NCBI RefSeq assembly: GCF_009914755.1
Contig: NC_060927.1
Length of the DNA stretch: 64,000 nt
Direction: 5' to 3' (one strand)
From: the human T2T-CHM13v2.0 reference genome, Homo sapiens
Under the pieces are notes generated by a model that was given only the letters and a program-made list of their open reading frames with translations, was not told where the DNA came from and did not search any database. Position numbers and translations under genes: made by a program. Positions 43,611-56,848 of this stretch are shown here, piece after piece. Each line of letters begins with the position of its first letter. Positions within the stretch are counted from its first letter, which is position 1.

Positions 43611-43877
43611 GTCTTGTCATGTAGCACTGCGTCAATATTGGTTGAAGTCATGATTCTCACATGTATTTACTGAGCACTTACCTCGTGGATGTGAGATGGC
43701 AGAGTGGAGGGTCCCTGCCCTGTTGGACTCTACAGTCAACTCCAACCCCGCCTGGCCTGCCCCTACTTTTGCCACAGTATTTATCTCCTCCCCTCACCCT
43801 CCGCCCCCACCCCACTGCACGCAATCCTGGCTCCACATAGATCCTGCTTTCCTTCAGCTTGCCCCAGCTGTTGAATG

Positions 43878-44080
43878 TGGGCTCTGAAACTAGCTTGCCT
43901 GGGTTCAAAATCTGGCTCTGCTGCTTACTAGCTGTGTGACCTTGGGAAAGTTACTTCCCTCTCTGAGCCTCAGTTGCCTCGTATTTACAATGAAGATGGC
44001 AATAGAAGCTTCCTTTCAGGCTCTAGAAAGCATGAAATGAAGTAGCACGTAGAGCTTGGAACAGTGTGTGGCACCCTACA
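43878..44080 (+). mobile_element. MIR SINE
   Basis: cctgggttcaaaatctggctctgctgcttactagctgtgtgaccttgggaaagttactt.cctctctgagcctcagtt. Confidence 0.85.
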
Positions 44081-45829
44081 GGCCTCAGTTATGTTCGGTA
44101 TTATTGTTAAGTCGCACTATGCCCTCAGGGGTCCTGTTATTGTCCACATTTTGCAGGTGAGGCAGCTGAGGCCCAAGGGGAAGGCAAAGACCCATAGAGC
44201 TCCCTGGAAGAGTTTCCAGCCTCTGGATAAAGGAGGGCAAAATTGCTTTTGCAAAATAGAAAACCTTGAACAAATTTTCGGATGAGAAAATGACTTGCTT
44301 TGCCAGGGTTTGTTTAAAGACTGTGGTGGAGAATTCATTAAGTGCTGTATTTTTTACAATGAAATTAAACCATGTGGGAACACAGCAAGGGATAATGATT
44401 CACTTGTGATTCTGAAGACAGGGTTTTCATATCAGCCCCGTGGGCAAATGATGGGGAAAGCTGGTATGCCACAGTGATGCGTGGGTGGTGCAACCAGGCC
44501 ACTCAGCAGAAGCAGCGAGAGGGTCCTTCCTTCCTGGACAGGGGCTCATGCCATCTTGCCTCTGCCGGGGTTGCCCTTGTAAAAGAGCCACTGCCTATGT
44601 TTCTCAAAGCTGGAACTTCAGAAGCGGGACTGATTGTATTTGTCAACACAGGAGGAAGCTCAGAGAGGGGAAGTGACTTTCCCCAGGTCGCGCAGCTAGT
44701 AAACAGTGGAGCCAGATGTTGAACCCAGGCAAGCTGCCTTCAGAGCCCACATTCAACAGGTTGGGCAAGCTGAAGGGGAGCAGGGTCAGTGTGGAGCCAG
44801 GACTGGGTGGGCAGGATGGGTGAAGGAGGTAAATACTGTTGTAAAACTGGGGGCAGGCCAGGCGGGGTTGAAGAGCTTGACTGGAAATTCTAGCCGCCCA
44901 TCTGGCCCAACTCACAAGGGCGCCTCTCTCTGCTATATCACCTCGTGGCACTGCCTCGAGCCTCAGTCAAGCTCTTTCCTGACTCAGAGCCTTTTTACAT
45001 CCCATTCCGTCTGTCTAGGTTACCCACCCTCTTCTCCTCATGTTCTTCCTGGCCTATTCCTCATCTCAGCTGAAATGCCATCTCTTCAGAAAAGCCTTCT
45101 CCGACCAGCCACCCGATTCCTCCCTCACACTGCAGGTCTGTCCCAAGCTCTTAAGGCATAGCGTAATGACAGGTGCATTTCCCAAAAGCTTCTCCCCCAG
45201 TCTGTTGTCTCAGTGAGAGTAGGAACCATCTTAGGGTTGGTCGCCGTGGCAGGGTTCCAGGCTCGAAAGGGGGATTTAGTGAATATTTGTGAATGGATGA
45301 ATGAGCAAATGAATTAAAAGTCAAAATTCAAATCCCAGCATATATGCTGCTTTTGGAATATCACGCCTGTTAAGGCTTCAAGATTTAATGTCTTTCCCTA
45401 CAAGACACACGGCTTCCTGAGTCCTGCCACCCACTGCCCTTACTGCCCCCAAGGAAAATATTCCCATGCCAGTCACAGCAGCACCCTCCTTCTGGTGACG
45501 CAAAAGTGACGGCCTGTGTGACTTCAAAATGTGATTTGTGGCTCCTTGACGCCCTGGAGACTGTGCAGCTGTATAGCCATGGAGGGCCGTTCCCATGTGA
45601 ACCTGTCCCTCCCTCTCCCCTTCCTGGGGACTCAGTAGAGACAAGAGCCCAGGCTGGTGGGGAGCGAGCTCTGGGCTTAAAGACCCACAGCCTGAGCTCA
45701 GGCTTCAGCGTTGCGCCTGGGCGTCTGTGCCATCACGAGGAGGCCCTGGGTCTCTCCTAGCCTCAGCTTACCCACCTGTAGATGTGGCACGATTACCCCA
45801 TGAGGCACCAGGAATTGCTGTGGGGTAGC

Positions 45830-46050
45830 CAGTGTAGCGGTTAAGAGGGTGGGCTTTGCAGTCCAACTCCCTGGATTCAAATCCCAGCTCTGCCATTTAG
45901 GAGCTGAGTGAACTTAGGGAAGCTAACTGACCTCTCTAAGCCTCAGTTTCCTCACCAATTGAATAAGTAGAATAGTAGCTCCTCCCCATTCAGGTTGCTG
46001 GAATAAAGAATTGAGTTAATTAGTTCCTGGCACATAGTAAGTGTTCCTTT
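45830..46050 (+). mobile_element. MIR SINE
   Basis: gtagcggttaagag...ttcaaatcccagctctgcca...ctctaagcctcagtttcctca. Confidence 0.85.
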
Positions 46051-46994
46051 AAATAAGCTGTAATCATCAGTCTTGAGTAAGCCTAGGCTGCCTTTATGAA
46101 GTGTGGTGTCTGAGCTGCTAGGCAATAGCACCTGGGGCTGTGCTGTCTAGTTCAGCAGCTGCGAGGCAGCTGTGGCTCATGAGCACCTTGAAATGTGCCT
46201 GGTGTGAAGTGTGTATTGCAAAATAAACAGTCTTTTAAAGACTTAGTATTTAAACATGTATAATATCTCCTTAATGATTTTTTTGTATTGATTACATGTT
46301 GAAACAAAAATAATTTGGATATCTTAAGTTAAAATAGATTATTAAAATAATTCCATCTATTTCTCTTAACATTGCAAAACAATGGCTGCTAGAGTACTGG
46401 TCTGCAAAACAGAGACAGTAACGGTAACAAGGAACTCCTGCTGCTTCTAACATCTGTATTTTCTCCTCGGTTAAGGCAGGCTGGCTACAGGTCCCATTGG
46501 GGAAAACATTTTGTTCCCATGAGCTCATCACAACAGGCACTATATGCGCTGCGTGTGTCTTTGTTATTAGTATCACCACTTAAACATTGTTACTAGTATC
46601 ACTACCTAAACATTCCCACAGGCATATGGGGATAAATTGTCGAATCAGATCAGGATCTGCCCACATGTTGCCAAACACAATCAGTGTAGAGTGACCAAGA
46701 TGGTTGAGCAACCTGAGCTTTCTCCTTTGCCTGAAAACTGGGCAACCCCTTGATGCCTCCCTCTGAGGTTTACAAGATAGAAGAGAGTCTGATGAAGGAA
46801 TTCAGTTTATTCATTCAATAAATATTCATTAACCACCTGCTGTATGGAGGACATTGTTCTAGATATTAAAGACACAACAGAGAGCAAGACAGGTAAAGAG
46901 CGGTCTCATTCTCAGAGCTCATATTCTAGAAGGGAGATAGGCCAGGAAACTCAGATGGTGACAACTGCTATGAAGAAAAGAAAACAGGGTGGTG

Positions 46995-47340
46995 GTTTGC
47001 ATTGTGAAATACTACACAGCAGTGAAAAAGAATGAACTATTGCTGTGTACACTCATATGGGTGAATCACACAGAGAATATTGAGTGAATAAAAGCGGACA
47101 CAAAAGAGAATATTCTGTATGATTCCATTGATCTGAAGTTCAAGAACTTGCAAAACTAACTTGTAGGAATATAGGTCAAATAATGGTTACTTCTGAGGAA
47201 GAGGTTTGATTAGGAGAAGTCAAAGGAGCCGGTAGGTGCTGGAAATATTCATATCTTGATCTAGGTAGTAGTTGCACAGATACATGGTTAGGGAGAATGC
47301 CTTAAGCTGTACTCGAGATTTGTGTGCAGCTCCAGGCATG
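46995..47340 (+). mobile_element. Old L1M 3' fragment
   Basis: gaaatactacacagcagtgaaaaagaatgaacta...ctgtatgattccatt...caaaactaa. Confidence 0.75.
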
Positions 47341-47342
47341 TG

Positions 47343-47902
47343 TGCTATATTCATTATCTATTGCAGTGTAACAAAATACCACAAAACTTAGCAGCTTAAA
47401 ACATAAGCATTATTATCTCCCGTAGTCACAGTGGGTCAGGAATCTGGTACTGACTTCATTGGGTGGTTCTGGCTCGGTATCTGTCATGAAATAGCAATCA
47501 AGACCCCGGCCAGAGCTGCAGTCATCTAAAGAATTCCAGAGGCTGGAAGCTCTCCGCCTCCACAATCGCTCATCACATTTGTCTAGGAATTTAGTGCTGG
47601 TTATTGATGGGAGGACTCAGTTTCTTCCTCTGTGGACCTGTCCGTGGGGCTGGTTAACTGTCCTCTTGAAATGTCAGCTAGCTTCCCCAGAGCAAGAGAT
47701 TCAAGAGACAGCAAGCAAGAAGGAAGTGACAATGCTTTTTGTGACCTAGTTTCAGAAGTCACACACCATCACTTTCACCATATTCTATTTGTTAAAAGCA
47801 AATCATTAAGTCCAGGCCACACTCAAGGGGAGAGGAATTAAGCTCCACCCCTTAAAGGGAGTAGGATCAAAGAATTTGCACACATATTTTTAAACCACCA
47901 CA
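47343..47902 (-). mobile_element. MLT1-type (F/G/H-like) solo LTR
   Basis: tattgcagtgtaacaaaataccacaaaacttagcagcttaaaac...gaagtcacacaccatcactt...taaaccaccaca. Confidence 0.8.
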
Positions 47903-49365
47903 CGTTATACCTCAGTTTTAAAACAATGTTATTTCTTATTCCAAAAACCAAAAGGGTGGTGGGATAGAAAATAATGGGTTTTAGGAAGCATTTTCACTGA
48001 GGCTTTAGAGGAGGTGACATTTAAGCTGAACTCTGAGAAAAGAGCCATGTGAAGATCAGGGAAAAGCACTGAAGCCAGAGGGAAAAGCAAGTGCAAACAC
48101 TTTGCCTCAGCAGTGAGTCATCGAAGCTTCACAAAGAAGACCAAGATGGCCAGAAGTTCATGAGCAAAGGAAAGGAGGAGTAGTTAAAGTTGGCAAGGTA
48201 GGGAGAGGCCACTGAGGCCACAGAAAGAAGTTTGGATTTTATTCTGAAGGTGACTAGAAGCCATTTGAGGAGTTTTCTCCTCTGATGAACATTTTGGACA
48301 ACATGCTCTGGCTGCTGTGGATTGACCGCATAGTACTCGAGCAGGAATAGAAATGAAGGATCACTTCAGAGGCCCTCACCGTAAGAGAGGTGATGGCAGC
48401 TTGGTGGACAAGTCCCTGGCTCTGCCTCTGGGGTCCCACATCATCAGATTCTTCCAGGGTTCCATTAACAAGTGGGCCTCCCCCAGGACACACACTGAAC
48501 ACACACTCCCATCAAAAGCAATAGAGAGATGCACAGTTGTCTTTGCTGATGGCAAGAAGAGAAGGCTCTTTTTGCCCTGAGGAGGATCAACTTTGACCAT
48601 CAACTGGAGCTTTGTGTTGTCCAACAGGGCCCTGCTTTGGTTGGTGAGACAGCCTGGCCTAGGCTATTTTTACCCATCTCGTGGGGCCTGCATGCCGGTC
48701 TTTCCAGATAAGATGCCTTCCTTTCAAACAAAGAGTGTTTTAATCCTGGAGAAGTACTTGGTGGTTGCCACTGGCATTTGATTTTAGTGTGACAAAATGA
48801 AACGACTTGGGTTCTCTCCAGAGACAGAACCAGCCGGAAGCAGTGAGAAGGATGCCTGTTTCACATGGGGGCCATCCTGTTTCAGGCTGGGGCCGGGGCA
48901 GGGAAGGGAGGCTCCTCAGATAAAAGAAGACATTGAGCAGTCTTCCTTCTCAGGCCATGTGCGTTCCCTCTCTGGATGTACCAGTTGTACTTGGTTTCGG
49001 CTTTGAACTTTCTAGGAAGAGAGGCAACAGAACATAGTTTAAATGACTCATCAGAATCCAAATACATTCTAACTTTTGAGGAAGAAAACCTTTTCGAATA
49101 GAATAGTTAGAAACATTTGAGGGCTGCAGTTTGGATATGGATTTCTAAGTGAGTTATTGGCAATTTGCAATGTCCTAAATCCTGGTCTTTTGTTCCTTTC
49201 CGACAAATCTCTGGATTCTTTCATTTTTTGCAGGGGACAGATCTCATGCATTCATTTCTTGGCGGCATGTTAAAGCTGCAAAGATTTATTTAGTACCCAT
49301 TTGATTCCAGACTAGAAACGTATCCCAGGATTTGGGGCCCATAAATATTGAGCATACTAACTTTG

Positions 49366-49634
49366 TTGTTGTGGTGGTGGTTGTTGAGACAGGGTCTCAC
49401 TCTGTCACCCAGGCTGAAGTGCAGTGGCGTGATCCCAGCTCACTGCAACCTCCCCCTCCCAGTTCAAGAGATTCTCCAACCTCAGCCTGCCCAGCAGATG
49501 GGACTACAGGTGCGCTTCACCAGGCCTGGCTAATTTTTGTACTTTTTGGTAGGGACAGATTTCACCGTGTGGGCCAGGCTGGTCTCGAGTTCCTGACTGC
49601 AGATGATCTATCCGCCTTGCCCTCCCAAAGTGCT
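49366..49634 (-). mobile_element. Old, 5'-truncated Alu with 9-bp TSD ctaactttg (49357-49365, 49633-49641)
   Basis: gagacagggtctcactctgtcacccaggctg...cctcccaaagtgct, then a repeat of the left flank. Confidence 0.92.
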
Positions 49635-52349
49635 AACTTTGACTGTCACTTGATAACTCCCTGCACAGACAGTATTTCCTAATGTTTCTCCAGGTAGTTG
49701 AAGGAACATCAGGCTGGGGATTGGAAGGCCTGTATTCTAGGCTCTAGCACCATTGCTTGTGTGACCTTGGGCACCACACTTTACTTCCCACTTTCAGGGG
49801 AAATGTGAGGCTTTATGCCCAATGACCTCTGGGTTTTCTTACTGCTGTGACATTGGGAATGGCTTCATACCCCATCAGTTACCAAGATGAAGTGAAACAG
49901 GTCAACCAGTTGGGAAACCAGTGGAAATGGCTGGGCTAGCTCAGAAAGGCCCCTGGGCAAGTATCTGGGAGGTGAAAATAACGACCCATCAAATGAAGAG
50001 AGATCATGGTAGTGTTTTGAGAACTACTCACATTAATGATCAATTGCTAATTCACTATGCCACTTGATCATATAGTAGGAACATTAAGAAGTTTGAGGAC
50101 ATGTCCTGATTTAGATATCTCTCTACCACCCCTCCCAATATAAAACGAAGTTTCTGTTTCCAGGCCACAAGCTCTGCACCCCTCTACAGCAGGCAGGCCA
50201 ACGTGAATAGTTATGCAGTTATGTGCTGCACAAAAGTGCCCAGTAAGGCCGATATCGAAATCAGTACTGGGCTAAAGATTATCTAACCTTAGAGAGGTGT
50301 CTAGGTTTGACTATTGGCGTGGAGAGAAAATGAGGCAGCTGTGGAGCAATGGTTAAAACCATGGGTTCTAGAAAAAGCTGAAATCAAATCATTCTACTAG
50401 CTTATGTGACCTAGCATAAGCTATTCAGATTTGTTTCCCCAGCTAATAGTAACAATTCATGGGTTGATAGGAGAAATAATATACTAGTGTTTAGTATGGT
50501 ACCTGGTAGGTGATCAATAAAACATTAGCTATTACTGTATGTTAGGGATGAAGAGGGCTTACTCATTCAGTTTTCCTCTCGGAGTTTTAACCAATAAGAC
50601 ACTGAAGTCAGACTTTTAAAAATATATACAACAGAGGCGCTGCTGCACCCTCACTCTATAGGATGTCCTGGTGCCTTCCTCCTTATCCACGCTGGAGTCC
50701 TTTGTGTAGGGAGAAGGCTGGCTCCTAGGTCACTGCCTTCTTGGAGATTTAGAGAACCCAAAAGCATGTGACCATTGCAGTACAACTGTCCCATCATGGT
50801 TCATGTGGTCCAGTGGGTTTGAGGCTCTTGTGGATCCACCACCAGTCAGATAGGACTGTCTTCCCCATGGGAAGTGTCCTGGTCCCAAACCCCCAGTGTT
50901 TCCCTGACAAGATGAGAGATTTGACAGAAGTTTTTCTTTTAGGAGACCTGATGGGAATATGGGCAGGATGGAGAGGGCTTTACTACTCCTCCTAGGTAGA
51001 GGTCCTGTGTCTTCCTCAGAGGCCACTCCTCTCTGCACATGGCTGTGTAACAGGAATAATGCAGGCCTTTCTGATCACATCTGCCCTCCTGTAGGTTGAC
51101 ACTGAGGTGGACATTCACAGGACTATACCCAGTCAAATTGAATGCCATTATCTGGGAAAAACTTTCAACTTCTTCAACCTCCTGAGTTATTCACTTTTGT
51201 CCAGGTGGGATTTACTTCTCTCTGTGCTTCAAGCAGCTCTGAAACTTTTTCAGAGAGAAAAGTCAAGTATGGAAACCTGGTCAGCAGAGACCCTTTATTG
51301 TCGGTGCAGAAATGTGGTTCTGGGTGGGGAAGTGCTCTGCAATGCACGGAGCTCCTTACCAGCATTTAGGCTTAATAGGGCAGTGGAAACATGAACCAGG
51401 ATTGAGTATCTACAGAAGCAAGGCATTTTTAGTTTGTTTTGCTCTGAGTGAGGCCTAGAGGCACAGGGCAGTGAGCAAGAGTCTCCTTAGTAGCTAGCGC
51501 CCCAGGGGGCCAACAGGGTTATGTGTCAAGCATACACTGGGTGGGACTGGGAGACTCTGGCAGAGTGACTCAGGCTTTTTGCCTGTAGAAATCCTGCCTA
51601 CACTTTAGGGTTCGGTTGAAATGCTACCTCTTTATGGATCTGCCCTTGATTTCCTCCTGGCTATTTCTGAGCTTTCCTTTTTCTGAACTCCCTAGTACCT
51701 TGCTGGTTTCACTCATGTCCCTTGTATTACAGCTGCCTGTGTAACCGTGTGATCAGAGGCATCATGGGAGAGAGAGCCTAACTTGGGTTTGAGTCAGATT
51801 CAGTTACATGTTAACTATGTGACATTGGGCACATCACCTAACCTTTCTGAGCCTTAAGTCCTTCATTTGTAAAATAAGAATAATATTCACTTTACCAAGC
51901 TGTTTGAAAGATTGAATGTAGGGTATGTACAAAACTTGATATATACTATGCATTTAATAAATTGTCATTTATTGCAGACTGTAAGCTCTTAAAAAATAGA
52001 ATCTTATTCATCTTTTTTTTTTTTTATCTCCAGCACCTGGCACAGTGCCTGGGACATAATTAGGCACTCAGTAAATGTTTATTTGAGTCAAGTAATGAAT
52101 TACTTTTAAAAAGATATTTCTCAAAATTTCTTATGTCCTGTTTAGTGTTTCCTAAAAAACTTTAGCCCCTGGGTTTTGACTTCTGTAGTCTCTTAATGAA
52201 AGAGCTAAAGAAGACATTCAACATGTGAAAGGGGGACAGACTGCCCCAAGAGCTCCTTGGAAATCTTCATGTTATTTCCTGCTTACATCTGATTGATGAT
52301 TTCAGGACAGGATGGCTTAGAACATCCATCAATTTTTTTTTCCTTCCAG

Positions 52350-52554
52350 ATTCTTAGAATTTGCACCAGGTATACCCCAGAACAAGACACCATGACTTTC
52401 TCAGACGGCCTTACCCTAAATCGAACTCAGATGCACAATGCTGGATTTGGTCCTCTGACTGACCTTGTGTTCACCTTTGCCAACCAGCTCCTGCCTTTGG
52501 AAATGGATGACACAGAAACAGGCCTTCTCAGTGCCATCTGCTTAATCTGTGGAG
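52350..52554 (+). CDS. RARB: RARB coding exon (LBD): [68 protein letters not shown]
   Basis: T-rich ttccag acceptor; gag|gtacca donor; 205 nt; lies within ORF 52293..52592. Confidence 0.98.
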
Positions 52555-53335
52555 GTACCAACTATGTAGAAAAGCCTCATGAAATTCCATGAAGAACAGT
52601 TTATACTTGTAATTTGTGAAAAATTCCTCATTTCCCTTTTGGAGTTGTTTTACATGGGAAAACATGTGAATAAAGCCAGGCATACATGCCTGGTTTCATT
52701 GTATTTTTCCATGTTGTTACAAATTAACTAATGGTATTTGGGATCCTTCTGCTCAGAAAGAAATCCCAAAAAGCTATTACTCCAATTGCCACAGATTTTT
52801 TTTCTTAAAGGCAGGATCACACTATTATAAAATGAATTGTCTGGGGACATTTGAATGATGACAAGGGACTTGTATGTGCTGTTTGTTATCTAGTGGGTAG
52901 GCATACAAGTATTTGGCTGGGCCCTCCCACCAACCCTTGCAGGACTGGGATAAAATTTAGCTTTCTTCTTTGTAGTGACCCCTACTGGCCTATAGGAGGC
53001 TGAATCGTAAGTGGTTAAAAAGTAATGGTTTTAATTAAGGAGCAGATTTATTTTATGCTAAAATAACCATCCTGCTCAAGATTTGTTTTAATTCAGTTTG
53101 GTAGTGACACCTTCTGGTCAAAGGAGGTAATTCTTTCCCTGGGACAAAAGCAACCAGGCATCAAAATGTTTATACTACCAAGGGGGGGCAGTTTTTTTTT
53201 GTTTTTCAAGTATCACTGCTTAAAGCAACTGCATAAGTCTGCAAATTTGTGTATGTAATTGAATTACCAAATTAATGAACTCATAACAGTAGGAATAAGG
53301 AAACAAGGAAGAGGGGAAAAGGGCATAAATCCTGA

Positions 53336-53650
<315 letters not shown>

Positions 53651-54439
53651 TGAAATCAAAAGGAAATACTATCCCTCCCCCCTCTAAAAAAAAAAAAAAA
53701 ACACCTCAAATCTTACCCTATTCAATTATCTTAACGATTGAGAGCTTTAAAATTCATGACTGATTAGAAAAACATTGTTTTCAAGAGAATGTACTAAAAC
53801 AGGCTAATTCTCTAGGTTCATACATTTAATTCCAGCTTTCTACACATCTCTGGTTTATGTTACCTTGACTCCAGTTTTTCTTGAATATCTAAACCTTTGT
53901 TAAGTTTCTCTCAATCACTTTAGCCATTGCTCTTTTGTATATAGGCAGATTTTCTTCTGCACACTTCTAAGCAAAGGAATTCTTGCCTAAGAGGTATATT
54001 CTTTGCCTAGTGATTTTCTGTTTATGTAGCAACTCAAGCAATTAATAGAGGTGCCTAGATCCATATCACAGTTGAGTGTTTAACAGTAAGGTTTTTCTAT
54101 GTAGAGAGACAACTCAGCAGCTATCCCTGGTACCAAATGGGCTATTGTCATTCTCCTTTCCCCATCAGACTACTTACTCTGTCTCTGAAGATGTTTGCTA
54201 GCCAAGGAATAAACTCTGTATTTCAGAAAGTGCTTAAAAGCACAGGGAACTTGTTTGACAAGCAGTCTTAACTCGAGCTCCTTCTAAGAGGTCTCCTAGA
54301 TGAGCATTCTGAATTCATCCTTGCATGGAATTAAGAGTAGAAGTAAACAGCAGATACCAGTGTGGTTGTGAATACGGTATCTTTGATTTTTAAAAATGAG
54401 GCTGTTTAACATAATACTATCATTCTGTATAGATGACTA

Positions 54440-54625
54440 GACTAGTGATATCTAATAGAATTTACTGCAATTACAGAAATAATCTGTACTGTCCAGTTCA
54501 GTAGCCACCAGACACAAGAGGTTCTCGAGCACTTGAAGTGTGGCTTATGCAACTGAGGCACTGTTTTTCTCATTTTATTTAACAAATTTAAATTTAGCTA
54601 CCTAGTGGGTATTGTACTGGACAGA
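54440..54625. mobile_element. MER3-like DNA transposon
   Basis: ctgtccagttcagtagccac.agacaca...gagcacttgaa.tgtggct...attgtactggacag. Confidence 0.65.
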
Positions 54626-55262
54626 GTGCTGCTAAATCTAGTTGTCAATAGTCACTGCACATCGTGAACTCCTCTGTTTGTGGGTAACTGCCATCAACCT
54701 GTCTTTTTCAAGATACACTTCTTTCATCAGGAACTTCTCTTTGTAAATTGTTATTTCCTGAAACTAAGACATCATATTTAAACGTCACCATATCTCAGCT
54801 GCTTTTCCACAAAGTAAAAATGTTTTAATGGTGTAAAATAAGGATAGCCTCTGGGAGGCATTGTTTGCATAATTTTCTGTTATCAAAAGGAGCAATTGTA
54901 TCAGTTATTGCTTGCATAAAAGACGAATGAAGTTCTAGCAGATCATAAAAAGACCCTCTCTATCAACATACTATGAGTCTGAGCTGGTTGAGAACCCAAT
55001 CTAACTAACTTTGCAATAAACTAACACATGATTTTTGGTGGATGCAGTTCCCATTCCAAATACATTTATCTTTCTTTGTATTTATGAGTGTGATAGTAAT
55101 CGATAGATCTTTTTCAACAAAAAGCCACCTGATATCTACATTTCATAATTCCTAAGCAAGAATCTTAGGAAACACCTCTGTTAAAATATATGAAAATTGG
55201 TCCCTGGTTATCTGTCATAGCTTAACTCCTTATCTTAACCATATTTCCATTATCTCTTTTGA

Positions 55263-55463
<201 letters not shown>

Positions 55464-56757
55464 GACATTTTCTAGCTACTTCAAACATTCCCCAGTACCT
55501 TCAGTTCCAGGATTTAAAATGCAAGAAAAAACATTTTTACTGCTGCTTAGTTTTTGGACTGAAAAGATATTAAAACTCAAGAAGGACCAAGAAGTTTTCA
55601 TATGTATCAATATATATACTCCTCACTGTGTAACTTACCTAGAAATACAAACTTTTCCAATTTTAAAAAATCAGCCATTTCATGCAACCAGAAACTAGTT
55701 AAAAGCTTCTATTTTCCTCTTTGAACACTCAAGATTGCATGGCAAAGACCCAGTCAAAATGATTTACCCCTGGTTAAGTTTCTGAAGACTTTGTACATAC
55801 AGAAGTATGGCTCTGTTCTTTCTATACTGTATGTTTGGTGCTTTCCTTTTGTCTTGCATACTCAAAATAACCATGACACCAAGGTTATGAAATAGACTAC
55901 TGTACACGTCTACCTAGGTTCAAAAAGATAACTGTCTTGCTTTCATGGAATAGTCAAGACATCAAGGTAAGGAAACAGGACTATTGACAGGACTATTGTA
56001 CAGTATGACAAGATAAGGCTGAAGATATTCTACTTTAGTTAGTATGGAAGCTTGTCTTTGCTCTTTCTGATGCTCTCAAACTGCATCTTTTATTTCATGT
56101 TGCCCAGTAAAAGTATACAAATTCCCTGCACTAGCAGAAGAGAATTCTGTATCAGTGTAACTGCCAGTTCAGTTAATCAAATGTCATTTGTTCAATTGTT
56201 AATGTCACTTTAAATTAAAAGTGGTTTATTACTTGTTTAATGACATAACTACACAGTTAGTTAAAAAAAATTTTTTTACAGTAATGATAGCCTCCAAGGC
56301 AGAAACACTTTTCAGTGTTAAGTTTTTGTTTACTTGTTCACAAGCCATTAGGGAAATTTCATGGGATAATTAGCAGGCTGGTCTACCACCTGGACCATGT
56401 AACTCTAGTGTCCTTCCTGATTCATGCCTGATATTGGGATTTTTTTTTCCAGCCTTCTTGATGCCAAGGGGCTAATTAATATTAACAACTCCCAAAGAAA
56501 CAGGCATAGAATCTGCCTCCTTTGACCTTGTTCAATCACTATGAAGCAGAGTGAAAGCTGTGGTAGAGTGGTTAACAGATACAAGTGTCAGTTTCTTAGT
56601 TCTCATTTAAGCACTAGTGGAATTTTTTTTTTTTGATATATTAGCAAGTCTGTGATGTACTTTCACTGGCTCTGTTTGTACATTGAGATTGTTTGTTTAA
56701 CAATGCTTTCTATGTTCATATACTGTTTACCTTTTTCCATGGAGTCTCCTGGCAAAG

Positions 56758-56763
56758 AATAAA
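56758..56763 (+). terminator. RARB: RARB poly(A) signal AATAAA
   Basis: Canonical hexamer, upstream TGTA (~56678), downstream GT-rich element ~56780-56790. Confidence 0.88.
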
Positions 56764-56768
56764 ATATA

Positions 56769-56774
56769 TTTATT
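56769..56774 (-). terminator. TOP2B: TOP2B distal poly(A) signal AATAAA (TTTATT on +)
   Basis: Canonical hexamer on the - strand, upstream TGTA (56799-56802), CA dinucleotide ~18 nt downstream (56750-56751). Confidence 0.7.
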
Positions 56775-56842
56775 TTAAAGGTGTGTGGGAGCTTTTACTA
56801 CACCTTTATCTTCAGTAAAGAGACAGAGAACACAGTTCCATT

Positions 56843-56848
56843 TTTAAT
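56843..56848 (-). terminator. TOP2B: TOP2B proximal poly(A) signal ATTAAA
   Basis: Variant hexamer on the - strand followed by GU/U-rich tgtgttctctgtctcttt. Confidence 0.65.

Larger units (their letters stand above)
55464..56780 (+). other. RARB: RARB 3'UTR
   Basis: AU-rich, repeat-free sequence from the stop codon to just past AATAAA 56758; GU-rich element (gtgtgtggg) follows. Confidence 0.9.

Noticed and set aside
52293-52349. Open frame and in-frame CAG (52308-52310) upstream of the RARB exon, which would add 13 aa
   Set aside because: No polypyrimidine tract compared with the strong T-rich canonical acceptor; short open frames arise by chance
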